Positions 12,387 to 24,344 of a stretch of DNA of 64,000 bases are shown here, piece after piece. Position 1 is the stretch's first letter; every line of letters starts with the position of its first letter. Source of the stretch: Octopus sinensis. Its lineage: Eukaryota. Made by a program: the position numbers and the translations under genes. The stretch is from the NCBI RefSeq assembly GCF_006345805.1, contig NC_042999.1, positions 139,996,001 through 140,060,000 of the forward strand, given 5' to 3'. Under the pieces are notes generated by a model, which had not been told where the DNA came from, did no database searches, and worked only from the letters and a program-made list of their open reading frames with translations.

Positions 12387-12607
12387 AGGCGGCGAACCGG
12401 CAGAATCGTTACCACGCCGGGCAAAATGCTTTGCAGCATTTCGTCCGTCTTCACGTTCTGAGTTCAAATTCGGCCGCGGCCGACTTTGCCTTTCATCCTT
12501 TCGGATTCGATAAAATAAGAACCAGTTGAGTACTGGGAGGTGATGTAATTAACTTACCCCTTCGCCCAAAATTGCTGTCCTTGTACCAAAATTTGAAACT
12601 AATATTA
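12387..12607 (+). mobile_element. Full-length tRNA-derived SINE (family A)
   Basis: Head GGCGGCGAACCGGCAGAATCG, B box GAGTTCAAAT, body shared with more than 10 copies in the window. Confidence 0.85.
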
Positions 12608-13407
12608 GAACAGAATACGATAAGTTTGCTGATGTGCGTAAATCGGGGTCAGCTTAGAGTTAAATGAGTCACAGCGTTGAATAAAATACATTCGTGTAAA
12701 GTCATATTTAACATTTTTGAGTACATTCGGGCGTAGAAAGACCTTCATATATATTTCTCACAATTTCCATCTACCAGTCACAACACTTTGGACTACTCGT
12801 GGATCTCTAGCAGAAGATACTTGCCTAGCGTTCTGCACTATGGAACCTTGTTGTTCTAAAGCGAACTTCGTTGTATATCAATACCTACACCCAGTCTGGA
12901 AGATGTGAGATAAAATATCGAATTTCCATCTTGTGTGAAAGTGGCTGACATTCAATCCCCGCTGTCAAAAGATGTTATCTCTTATTTCCCGGTGAATGGC
13001 TTCTTTACTAATTCTAGGTGAAGCTAGATTTAGAAGAGAGATGTCCACAATTTTGAGCTTTATCTCCGTGCAAAAGGTAAATATACTATACTCAGTTGTA
13101 TCTTATCCTACTGTATGCAACCACCATCACCGCCGCCGTTGACCCCCCCCCCCACCTCACCGTTATCATCATCATCAACAACAACTTAATTTATTGCTAT
13201 CATTGTCAACAATGGTATGCAGTATACACTCTTGTGGGTTGCAGAAGTGAGCCTTTATTTAAGTGCCTTCTGAAGTTGTTTTTGACACTCAATGTGTAAA
13301 TCTCAGCCCACTCTCACCTCCTCTACTCGGAATGTACAGTCATTGAATATCAGATTTATTGTGTATCGTATGATTTTTGAAAAAATTCCTACGAATTCGA
13401 TTGTAGA

Positions 13408-13640
13408 GGCGCAATGGCCTAGTGGTTAGGGCAGCGGACTCGCGGTCGCAGGATCGCGGTTTCGATTCTCAGACTGGGCGTTGTGTGTGTTTATTGAGCG
13501 AAAACACCTAAAAGCTCTACGAGGCTCCGGCAGGGGGTGGTGATCCCTGCTGTACTCTTTCACCACAATGGCGGTGCCCCAGCATGGCCACAGCTCAAGA
13601 GCTGAAACTGGAAAAACAAAAACAAAAAAACAAAAAAACA
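13408..13640 (+). mobile_element. tRNA-derived SINE (family B) with LINE-like tail
   Basis: A box TGGCCTAGTGG, B box GTTTCGATTC, tail GGCGGTGCCCCAGCATGGCCAC, then an A-rich end. Confidence 0.85.
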
Positions 13641-14517
13641 TTACTTTCTCGAAAGTCTAGTTTTGTTACATTCTAAATTCTTGTGCTGCGGTTGATCCTG
13701 CAATCACGTTAATGACGTGAATATTTTTGCTTTCTGAAGTAGTTTTTCGAATTCGTTTTTTTTTTTTTTTGGAGGAGGGGGAAAGTCAATTACATCGACC
13801 TCAGTGCTTGGCTGGTACTTTATTTTACCGACTCTGAAAGGATGAAAAGCAAAGTCTTTCTTAGAATTCTTGCAGAATATAGTGATACTTTTTTGTAGAT
13901 CGACAATGTCAGTCGCAATTCCAATATCTTTCGGATAGCATTTGGGGTGTTGTGCCTAATGCACCAATTACCACAGGAATAATTGTTGCCTTAGTCTTTC
14001 ACAGTCTATTCAGCTCTCTAGTTAGATCCAGATATTTCTGAATTCTATCAATTTATTTACTCTGTTATTATAGGGAATTACAAAGTCTATGCTCTTACGC
14101 TATTTATTTTGTCCTCTATAATAATATATCTGGTCTTACTTCAAAAGTATGGTCAGTCTTTATGAAGAAGTTCCATAATATCCTGTAATTCTCATTCTCT
14201 GTTACATCCTCTGGTTCGTGCTCATGCCACTTTCCTATTGTTTCGAGGCCACTCACTCGGCTAACATTTCAATGTACTTTTTTACCTACACACTCAAACC
14301 CGCGTTTATATTCTTTTTGTGCAAGCTGACTGCGCACATTCAAGAGCGGATTGATACTTTCTTCTCTTTTCCTTCAGATTCTACATTTGTTGAGGTTTCT
14401 TCTTCTTCTTCTTCTTCTTCTTCTTTCTTTCTTTCTTTCTTTTTTAATCGACTTCCTCCACCCCTCAAAAACTGCTGGCTCTGTGCCAAATTTTGAAGCA
14501 TTGTGTTGTTGTTATCA

Positions 14518-14520
<3 letters not shown>

Positions 14521-14563
<43 letters not shown>
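14521..14563. repeat. (TAA)n tract at the 3' end of R4/Dong-like element 1
   Basis: Direct reading. Confidence 0.95.
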
Positions 14564-14564
<1 letters not shown>

Positions 14565-15750
14565 TACTTTTAATCTGCATGTTTGTTACAATCACTTGCC
14601 GAGACACACCCAGCGTCCTAGGGTGAGTGAAGGGTAAAAGACGTTACAGTATGGTGGAAAGCTTGGGGAAGGGAAGTGGAAGGGGCAGGAGCGAAATATC
14701 TTCAGGATGTGGGCAGTGTTTGTCAGCACAATCTTTTGGATTTCTCTGAGACATGGTTTTCCTGGGATCTTATCTAGATGGGGTTTTTTAAATCATACCT
14801 AGGGCACCTACAATAGCGGGAACAGTTCTCGTATAAGATGTCACATCTTTTGTATTTCAATTTCCAGGTCCTTATATTTACTTAATTTGTCAAATTCCTT
14901 TACAGATATATTTTTATCGGTACTTACATCTATTAGTCTACAAGTATTTTCTTCCCCGTCTTTAATAATTACAGTCTGGTTGATTAGCATGGATCGTTCT
15001 GTTGGTGTTGACTGGAAAATCCTAGAGGATAGTGACATTTTTACCTTCAACGACTGGTTCTGGATGATGTTTATACCAGTAAGCAGAAGTGCCGATTTTG
15101 TAGTGTTTACATATTTTCCAATGTAAATAATGTCCTACCCTATCGTGGCGATTTTTGTATTCGCTTGGTGTCAGCACAGGACAACCAGAAACGAGATGGT
15201 CTATTGTTTCATCAAATATGTCGCAGAATCTGCATTTAGGGTTAGAACCATTTTGGAGAACAGCCTGGCAGTTTTTGATAAGCAAGATTTAAACTTTTGC
15301 CACCAATATGAAACTTTCAGTCTTTGCTCTCAGTTCTGAACTTCTCAGCCATTGATGGGTTGTTGCTTGGTCTACATCAGCATTTCGACATCGAAGTATA
15401 TATTGTCCATGAAGAGTCTCCTGTTTTCGCCGCTCCTCAATTTATTTCTGCTCGTACTTTTTTGGAGTCTGCTTGATCCGTTTTGCTTGTTTTGTGACAG
15501 TGGTTTCAGGTTCTTCATCTAATTCAGGGTTAATGCCAAGTTCCCTTGCTAATTTGCAAGCTTCCTTGACGATAGAATGTGATTTTTTGCTGCTTTCATG
15601 TTTACACACAAACCGCAGTATCAAGTGCTTTATGCTAGATAAGTACCTGTTCATTGCTATTGTGGAGGTCTTATAGCACAGTTCTACCTACATCATTCCT
15701 CTTCCCCCATTACTTCTAGGTAGGTACAGTCGATTAACGTCTGCTTATTT
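14564..15750 (-). mobile_element. R4/Dong-like non-LTR element 1 (RLE endonuclease), 5'-truncated
   Basis: ADVNRLYLPRSNGGRG, a CCHC knuckle (CRFC...ETIDHLVSGC), RHD motif, PD...LIDV, and KYKDLEIEI...IVGALG. Frameshifted. Confidence 0.9.
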
Positions 15751-16363
15751 TTATTATTATTTGTCCTTCGTAACACAGTGTAGGTAAAAATGCACCGGAG
15801 TCTTTAATCATATGTCAAGTCACGACAAGGACCTCAGACAGATAATACTTTCCTTAAGATTTGCGCTGTGACCAATAAGGCTGCTTTTTGCAAGACATCA
15901 ATCTTGCATGGGATTTTCAGTTGCCTTAAGAAGTCTCGCATTCCATAGTCTTGCCATTTCCACTTTCAATTCGGATTTTTTCAACCTCTTTACTCACAAC
16001 ATTCATGTCATTTGGCATGGTTTCATCAATTATCTAACAGTATTTGTCTTTCTTATTCAATATGACAATATCCAGCCGACAGTGTTCAATTACACGATCC
16101 GTCTGAAAATCATAGTCCAAGCGTATCGTTACTTTTCCATCCTCCTGCATAACTTTACTTGGCATATGCTCATACCAGTTCTCTGTTACTTCATATTGGT
16201 ATTTACGACATAAGAGCCAATCAAAATACACACATACTTTATCGTGGCGGCGCTTGATTTCTTTTTGTGCAAGACTCTCATATCCACTTAAAAAGTGGGT
16301 CACATTTTTCACCCTCTTTCCACAGAGTCTGCATTTCTAGGTGTCAGCAGTTTTATAGATATA

Positions 16364-17651
16364 CGAGGGGCGTTCAATAAGTAATGCCCCTGACCCACTT
16401 CCCATAGCAGTAGAGCAACGAAACTTGGCACAGTTATTAGTCTTTCTCTACATAGGAACCACCCAGAGTTACGCATTTCTCCCATCGTTTGATGCAGCTC
16501 TGGAGACCGTATTTTTTAGAAGACCCAGCTTGGTCCTCCAACCACGACGTGACTTCAGAAATCAAGGCTGCATCATCTGGTAAACACTTTCCTTTCAAAA
16601 ACAACTTCATGGCTGGAAAGAGGTGAAAATCAGAGGGTGCAAGGTCAGGAGAGTAGGGGGATGGGGGAGGAGTTCATAGCCGCACGCCTGTGCTTCTGAT
16701 CTAGCGACAAGCGAGTTGTGGACCGGAGCGTTGTCCTGCAGGAGGAGGATTTCTTTGCTGATCTGCCCCGCCTCTTGATTTTGATAGTTTCTCTTAATTT
16801 CCTCAAAAGTGAAGCATAATAGGCTCCTGTGATTGTGGTACCCTTTGCCAGGAAATCTGTTATCAATACTCCGTCCTGGTCCCAGAAGACTGTGAGCATG
16901 ACCTAGCCAGCGGAGGGCTGCACCCTTGCCTTCTTTGGAGGAGGTGAGTCACGGTGCTTCCACTGCATTGACTGGGCTTTGGTCTCTGGATCATAGTGAT
17001 GGACCCAGGTTTCATCCTGTGTAATCAGTCTTTTGAAAAATTTTGCCTCATCTTCTTGGCACATCCAAATTCATCCTCGAGCACTCGACGCGTTCTTGCT
17101 TCTGGAAAGGTGTGAGCAACCTGGGAATCCATCTGGCAGACACATTTTGCATATGCAAATGGTCATGAATGATAGTTTCCACAGACCCGGTACTAATCTT
17201 GAGCTTATGGGCTATTTGGCGAATAGTTATGCGTCGATCTTCCAAAATGGCAGCCTCAACTTGACGGACAGATGCCTCATCAATTGCAGAAGGGGGCGAC
17301 CAGATCTGGGAGCTGTTTCCACAAAGTTCCGACCATGTTTGAATTCACGATGCCAGCGTTTTACAAGGTCATATGATGGGGCATCATTACCATAAGTTAC
17401 TTTCATTTCATCAAAAGTCTCCCGTGGTGTGCGTCCTTTCAAATACAAAAACCAGATCACTGCTCGACACTCAACTGGCTCCATTTCACACTTGACTCAG
17501 TTCAAACACCTGTAAATCAGAAATCCCAATTAGTTCAGAGCTGTAATTTGCCACCTACTCTATAGAGAAACAAATAATTGCACATTCAAAATTTCAGCTA
17601 GATCAAACAACTGCAAGTGGGTCAGGGGCATTACTTATTGAACGCCCCTCG
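16364..17651 (-). mobile_element. Full-length mariner transposon (1288 bp)
   Basis: Perfect 37-bp TIR CGAGGGGCGTTCAATAAGTAATGCCCCTGACCCACTT. TA TSD at 16362-16363 and 17652-17653. Confidence 0.97.
16437..17484 (-). pseudogene. Mariner transposase pseudogene (DDD catalytic motifs)
   Basis: MEPVECRAVIWFL, SARWIPRLL, ITQDETWVHHYDPETK, LLQDNAPVH and SDFHLFP, with several frameshifts and a stop. Confidence 0.93.
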
Positions 17652-18304
17652 TACTTCACTGACTTGCTAGCGAAAGCCTGGTTTTGTGCAGCAATGATCA
17701 GGATTTCGGTGGTATGCTTTAAATCACCTCGCTCAAGCCATGCCCACGATGCTGTATTATCCTTAACGTCCTGTGTATTCCTTTCAAACCGTCTATGCAT
17801 TCTCATTTCAAGAAGGTCTTCTTTTTCCTTCTCCTCAGCTCTTTGGTTAAACTCTTCCTTGCCCATTATTTCATCGGTATTTACATTCATATCTTTCGCG
17901 GCATATTGCAGCAGGTCTTCATCACTATGAAATATTCGGCAAGCATTCTCCTTTCACACCTTATACAATGGTCTATACTAATTAGTTCTCTGCCACCATT
18001 CTTTCTCTTCATATACAGTCTGTTTACGTTTGCTTTAGGGTCTCAACTTTCTTGTCCTATCCAGTGTTGATATTTCCTCCTTAGTCCATTTGTGAGTGGA
18101 CGCACTATATCTAGCCACCGCAACTGCCTAGATATTCATTGTGGTAATCAAATTTTTGGCATTCAGGTTGGACTTCAACGCAATCTTCACCCTTTTTTGA
18201 TACGCCTCGCTGATCACGACTTTCATTTCTCTGTGTAGAATGTCATCCAGCTCCCAGATCCTTCAATATCTATACCCACTACCGCCAGGTTCACCCATGG
18301 TCTC

Positions 18305-18435
18305 TTTGCCTTTCATTCTTTCGGGGTCGATATAATAAGTACTGGTTGATATAAGTACCAGTTGAGTACTGGGTCGATGTAATCGACTTTCCTCCTTCCC
18401 CGAAATTGCTGGCCATGTGCCAGAAATTGAAATCA
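18305..18435 (+). mobile_element. SINE family A 3' half
   Basis: CTTTGCCTTTCATTCTTTCGGGGTCGAT...GTACTGGGTCGATGTAATCGAC. Confidence 0.75.
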
Positions 18436-18759
18436 TCATTATCATCATCATCACCATCACCAGCTTCATGAGAGAACATTTGCACGAGATCAATAACAAA
18501 AACAACAACAGCTATAACAACGCCAACGGCAATGGTAAGGACAACCTTTTTAACAACATAAGTAACATGGACAACAGCAATGACAAAAACAACAACAACA
18601 ACAATAACAGCAGCTGCAGCAACAACAGCAACTGTAGTAGCAACAGTAATAACAACAGTGACAGCAAGAACAACAATAGGAATAGTAACGAAAATGACAA
18701 AGTAAGTGGTGGGGCGACTCCATGGGCAGGAAATCAGGTGAAACAGCCTGTGAAAGTGA

Positions 18760-20100
18760 AAAGGAGGAGAGCACAAATTGTTGACCCAGACATCGCTGTG
18801 TATCGGATAAAACCCGACCCTTAGAAGCAGCAACACATTCCCTAGAGGAAAGAGCTCTCAAAGGAAAATGGGCAGCTTATAGATCATGTGACCAGAGCAA
18901 GGTGGTTCGGGAGCTGAAGCCCCTCTTCAATAACGGAGACCAAATGCTGCTAGGTTTGAATCTGAACGCCATCGGCGATTTTCAGATGTTCGCATTTCTT
19001 ACTCTGCCCAGAATGGAAAAGGTAGTGTTAATATTGTTTCGAAAAAGCGAGATATGTCGACCTTTTTGGAGCCAGAGGGTAAGTTGGTGATTCTGGACGT
19101 TGAACAGTAACGAATGATTAGTTACTGTGTATGACCCGACTGGGGGTGAGATGGCCGGCATTAGGAGGTTTTCCTGGAAACGTCCCGTTCCTTAGAGCTA
19201 GTGAACAACTGGAACGACATATTGGTTGCACATCTAAATTGTGTGGGAACTGACTGGGGTGTTAAAGCCTCGCAAATCTGTTCAGTTGTTTCCAAACTGG
19301 CTGACAGATATCGACTGGATTTCCCGGATGCACTAAAATGGACATGAGCAAACATTATCGGATCAACCATCGTATCTAGATAGAATATTTTGTAGGCCAG
19401 AGAATTCTAGAGTAGAGGAAGAACTAATTAGTAACTTAGAAGAGGCGTTTAGGAAAAGCAATTCGGTTGACATGTTGACGGCAAGATTGGCCCTGATCGA
19501 ATCTTCAACTCTAAGCACTAAGATTACATTGTTAGTGTCCGAGCTAGGATGCATGCTCTAAGGCACGAGGGAACAAAAGCTGTTCAATGGCAGAGACGTA
19601 ACGTGGCAACAAAACTACAATTCGGTTTCAAGCAAATGTGTGCAGGTTTCTTATACCACTTCATTCAACTGTTTGGTGTGTATGGTAGATCAGAGATGGT
19701 GGTGAACTTTACTGCATACCTCAACATTTTACTGCAGCTTGTGGATAAGGATGCAGAATTCTGCGAAAGGTCGATAACAGCTGACAAAACACGGGAAATG
19801 ATGGCTGTCTGCACGAGAGAGAAGTCGCCGAAGCTGGGTGGTCAGCCCTACAAACTATATCTTCATATGCCAGACTTGTTTGGAGGCCACTACAACTGGT
19901 AAAAAAAAAAAAAACGGAAGAATTCCCAGTCCTGCAAATGGCTGTGGTGGTGCTGCTGAGAGAGGACCGAACAAGGGAGATGATTTTAACAACTTCAGGC
20001 CCGAAACTTTGCTAAATGTAGAGCTGAAGATTTTAGCTAAAGCGTTTGCCAAGAGGTTGGCGCTTATCGTCGATACTCTGGTAGGTGAGGCACGGAGCCG
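18760..20100 (+). mobile_element. Tx1/L1-clade LINE remnant (ORF1 piece, APE endonuclease, start of RT), internally deleted
   Basis: EPEGKLVILDV, LADRYRLDFP...WT...SYLDRIFCR and NFRPETLLNVELKILAKAFAKRLA. Confidence 0.8.
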
Positions 20101-21139
20101 TTGAAAAGTAAGTTTCCTGATCATTGATACAACGCAGCACCCGTGGCACATTACAAACTACTGACTTCAAATTTGTTGATTATTGATTTAATTACCTGCT
20201 CGACTACTAATGTAAGAATACATATGCATAAGCAATTCTTTAGTTTAGCAGAGTATTAATTTAGTATAATGCATGGAATAGTCATGCAACCCATTATCAT
20301 TTACTTACTAGTTATTAATGAAAGATGAAATAGGCATCTTTAAGCAGGGATTTCATCTCCATAACGATAAGACTTCAAGCTAGATATTTATATACATTTA
20401 AAGATAAAGCAACGACGACTGAGTCAGAAGCGCAATTAAATACCACAAATATATTTTGTCCGTTGCTTTCCCTATTCTGCAAATTCACCGCTCGGAAGTA
20501 GCTTAAACAAAAACACTATGTTACAAAAAGAAATAACAACAAACAGTATAGGTAAAAGGCCTTTCATCTGTATTGTTTTGTTTTTCTTCCTCTCACGAAA
20601 GGCCTCGAAACGTTTGTCTCCGGTTATTCTCACGACACATTAACATAACTATGTTTTGTTAATCATTTTCACATAACATTTCTATTGTCTTCTTTTCATT
20701 GCTCTCTGGGAACTGAAATCGCCGCATAGATGCAGTCATTAAATCGTTATTGCAGGTGTGATAAATGAAGATTTACTCCATAATTAAAGACAATCTAATG
20801 AGAGTTGGTTGTTATATCTAGAAAGTTGAGCGTCTACAAAGAACCTTCCTTGTTAAAATACAGTTGCTTTGTTGTATACTTTTACGTACTGGAGGAATTT
20901 TATTTGAAAATCAAGCAAGCAATATGTTATATAATTATACACAGTTCTTAAGATCACAACTATTTGCTATTCAGTAGCATGTAAATGTCTGTTAGATGTA
21001 GTACAAGGGAGATGACTCTATTAACAAATTTAATCGAACTTTTATTCCTTTCAGCAACTATCATAACTTCCATCAATACTTTCAAGAAAATACCTATAAG
21101 TTATGTCACTACTGGTAACATAACTATTCTCAAAACTGC

Positions 21140-21228
21140 TGCTGCTGCTGCTACTACTACTACTACTTCTTCTTCTTCTTCTCCTTCTTCTTCTTCTTCT
21201 TCGTCGTCGTCATTGCTATTATTACTAT
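21140..21228. repeat. Compound trinucleotide microsatellite (GCT/ACT/TCT/TCG/ATT)
   Basis: Direct reading. Confidence 0.9.
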
Positions 21229-21939
21229 TACCACATGGAACGATGTACTTTTTGTACCCTATATTAATTGAAGTATTAAAGTTAAATGTTTTGGCCATGG
21301 AACCAAGGTAGTACTGGTGACAAAGTATGAACCCTCGACTATCTTCACTACTGGGTTTTAGACTATTGTTGAATCACTCCGAGGCTAGCTTTGATCAAGA
21401 AAATCTATGATCAAAGCTATTTTCACTGTAAGCATCTTGTATTTTTTTTTTGGCAGAGATTCTAAGATTATGCAATGTGGACTATTTTAAGACAGTTGGT
21501 GTGATATGAGGGGTATTTGGTTGCTACTTTTACCAGTTCGAGTGGTCACGTACAGGTTGCCTCGATGGCTCGCTGTATAAGGATATGAGTGGAAGACATT
21601 GTCCTAAGAAGAGGCTGGATGTATGTTTGACAAATGTTTCATCAATTAATGTAGCTTAGTTTAGATTATTTCATTGCGTGAAACCTTTTGTAAATAAATG
21701 TCCTGTTCAAGAGGAAAACCTGCTTCTCAACAACTGATGCAAAAAAAAAGAAGAAAAAAGATAATAAACGAGTGAAACAATAATTATTACTCGTGTGGTG
21801 GTGGTGGTGGTGGTGGTGGTGGTTGGTCTATGTACTTACAAAATACATGTATACATATATACATGCATACGTACATACATGCATATCTATACACACATAC
21901 TTGCATATCTACCTACCTATCAACATACATACGCACGCA

Positions 21940-22150
21940 CAACTGCACAGTTGTGGAAATTAGCTGCCCAGCGGATGCTAACATAAACCTGAAGATCAAT
22001 GAAAAAGAGAACACCTATGCTGAACTATTGAGAAATCTGCAGTTACTCTATCCAGATTACAAGTTCAGGTTTATACTTGTAATTATTGGGGCCCTGGGAT
22101 ATGTAACACACTGCCTAAATACTAATCTTGAGAAATTTGGCTTCTCAAAT
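21940..22150 (+). mobile_element. RLE-type (R2-superfamily) non-LTR C-terminal fragment
   Basis: CTVVEISCPAD.N...KENTY..L...LQLLYPDYKFRFILVIIGALG; same family as 48040-48185. Confidence 0.75.
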
Positions 22151-22154
22151 CCAT

Positions 22155-22159
22155 CCATC

Positions 22160-22224
<65 letters not shown>

Positions 22225-22235
22225 GCACGCACGTA

Positions 22236-22274
<39 letters not shown>

Positions 22275-22290
22275 TACATACATACATAAC
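22155..22290. repeat. (CA)n/(TACA)n microsatellite
   Basis: Direct reading. Confidence 0.95.
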
Positions 22291-22544
22291 GTAAAGATCT
22301 AGAAGATGTAGTGCAAACAATAACAATAACAGGTATCAAAGCTACTTAATACTTTTTACAAAGAAAAATTCAGCTTTTCTCTAAATATTATAAAATAAAT
22401 TAAATAGCCAACGTTTTAGCCTTGAATTTTTTCCGAAAGTCTTATAATTTTACCAGCTTTTACGAGTAGAAATAGTAGCATTGTAAAATACCGACATGAA
22501 TTTAGTGCAAATCAGCTTGAAATAATCTATACCTGTATTGGAAA

Positions 22545-22738
22545 AGGAGGTGAGCTGGTAGAGTTGTTAGAGAGTCAGAAAAAAATTATCTGTAATATTT
22601 CTCTGTATCTTTACGGTCTGAGTTCAAATCCTGCCAATGTCGGCTTTGACTGTCATTCTTTTGGAATCGATAAAATAAAATGGCAGTATTTACATAGCCT
22701 CAAAACGGCTGATCTTGTACCAAATTAGAAACTAATAT
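22545..22738 (+). mobile_element. SINE family A, diverged
   Basis: Head GGAGGTGAGCTGGTAGAG and B box GAGTTCAAATCC. Confidence 0.75.
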
Positions 22739-23919
22739 TTATGTTGGAAACATCATGCTAAAAAATAGGTTGAAGTTTGGTGTTTCTAAGAGAAGTAATG
22801 CTGAAACTAATATTTTAAAGTGCTGTTAGGACTGTAACAGAACATGTTGAAAATCCTAATTCTTTAATTTTGAAAACTAGTTATAAAAGAAGCGACAGAC
22901 TACTCGATTTATAATTAATTCAACAAATAAAACATGGTAAGATTCATGGAAATAGTGTAGAATTTGTATTTAGTAACTCGTTCTGGCTTTACATACCTGA
23001 CACTCCAATTTACTAGCCAACGAGAGAACCTCTATGTGGTTGCTCGACCTGCTAAAAATAGTAGCCAGATCTCTTTCAACTCATGTACTGTCTTTAAAAA
23101 AATGGGAAGGATACATTCAGTAATGTAATCCTATATACACTGAATATGAAAAAGATGAGATGATCAATGATGGAATGCGTATAATCATTTGATCATACGC
23201 ATGATTAAACCTTAACAACAACAATAATCAATTCAAGGTTAAAGCGTTATAACTTAGAAAGGTTTTGGCCAGTATCGGCCCAGGCCATGTCTAACTTAAT
23301 AGCACCACTTAATTTTTTTTTTTAAGTAGAGAAAGGCTGAATTTCTCTTTGTAAAAAAACATTAAGCAGTATTGATGTATCTGTTATTGTTGCAGTTTAG
23401 CTCCAGGTCTCTGTGATGGTCAGATGAACTTCTGATCAGCTATATTCATCATCTTTGAACGGATATATAGGATTACAGTATCTCATGTATATCTTTATAT
23501 AATACGGAGGGGTATAATCAAAGGGATATTTAGCTACTATTTCTGGCAAGTCAAGCGTCGACATAAGAGGTGTCGTGATATTAAATGATTAATGAACATA
23601 AATGATGGGAAACGAATAGTAATTTGAAAACCTTATACTTAACGTTAAAGAAGTTTTACTTCTCAGTTATCTCCCTTCACTTAAAGGTTTTCTATTTTAT
23701 CGTTTTTTACATTTCTGGTTTCAAACGTCTCATTTTCCCATAACTTACTTCGAAAACATTTTTCACATATAGAATTCAAAGAAAACATATTAACAAGTTA
23801 TGGAATTTCTATAGTCTTTCTATTAGAATTTTAGTGACCCATCTGTATATAACATTTTATTTTTTATTCATTATTTTTAATAAAAATCATCATCTTTTAA
23901 AATCACCAAAAGAAGGATC

Positions 23920-24344
23920 GGATCTTTTCGGTTTGAGCGGCAGTTTTTTCTCGCAGTGTCATATGAAATTGTCACCCATAATTATGACCCTAGTATCGAT
24001 CTATTGCATTTCAATCTGTTTTAGGGTTAGGGTTAGGGGTGGTGGGAAGGGTATCTTTTTTTCTTCAGAAATGTAAATAAACCCAATCTGTTTCTTATAC
24101 GAGGGACATATTCATACGGCACAGAATGTTTTTTTTTTTACCTCAATGGACGTCATTGATTGGTTGAAATTGCAGAAATTGAAGAAAAAAACAACAACAA
24201 ATATCTTACAAACTATAGAATTTTCTCAATAAAGCCAAGAGAAAAAGATGTATTATAAACACATTCTACCAGTATACGAAGTTTAAAAGTGTTTAGTTAC
24301 GTGGAAATTATTTTAAAAAACTACCTTTCAAACCGAAAAGATCC
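23920..24344. mobile_element. MITE with GGATCTTTTCGGTTTGA termini and internal TTAGGG repeats
   Basis: TIRs at both ends; reverse-oriented homologue of 31551-32044. No TSD in this copy. Confidence 0.85.

Larger units (their letters stand above)
15762..18295 (-). mobile_element. R4/Dong-like element 2 (diverged family), interrupted by a mariner
   Basis: WAWLERGDLKHTTEILIIAAQNQA|mariner|KCRLCG...VTHFLSG...RRHDKV...DIVIL. The reading continues across the insertion. Confidence 0.85.

Noticed and set aside
13408-13480. tRNA gene
   Set aside because: There is no acceptor-stem closure, and it continues into a SINE body and tail, so it is a SINE head.
20588-20620. Hammerhead-like ...GAAACGTT motif
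   Set aside because: The core is CTCACGA and stem I cannot pair.
24020-24042. Interstitial telomere (TTAGGG)3
   Set aside because: It is an internal part of a multicopy MITE, also seen at about 10.0 and 31.9 kb.
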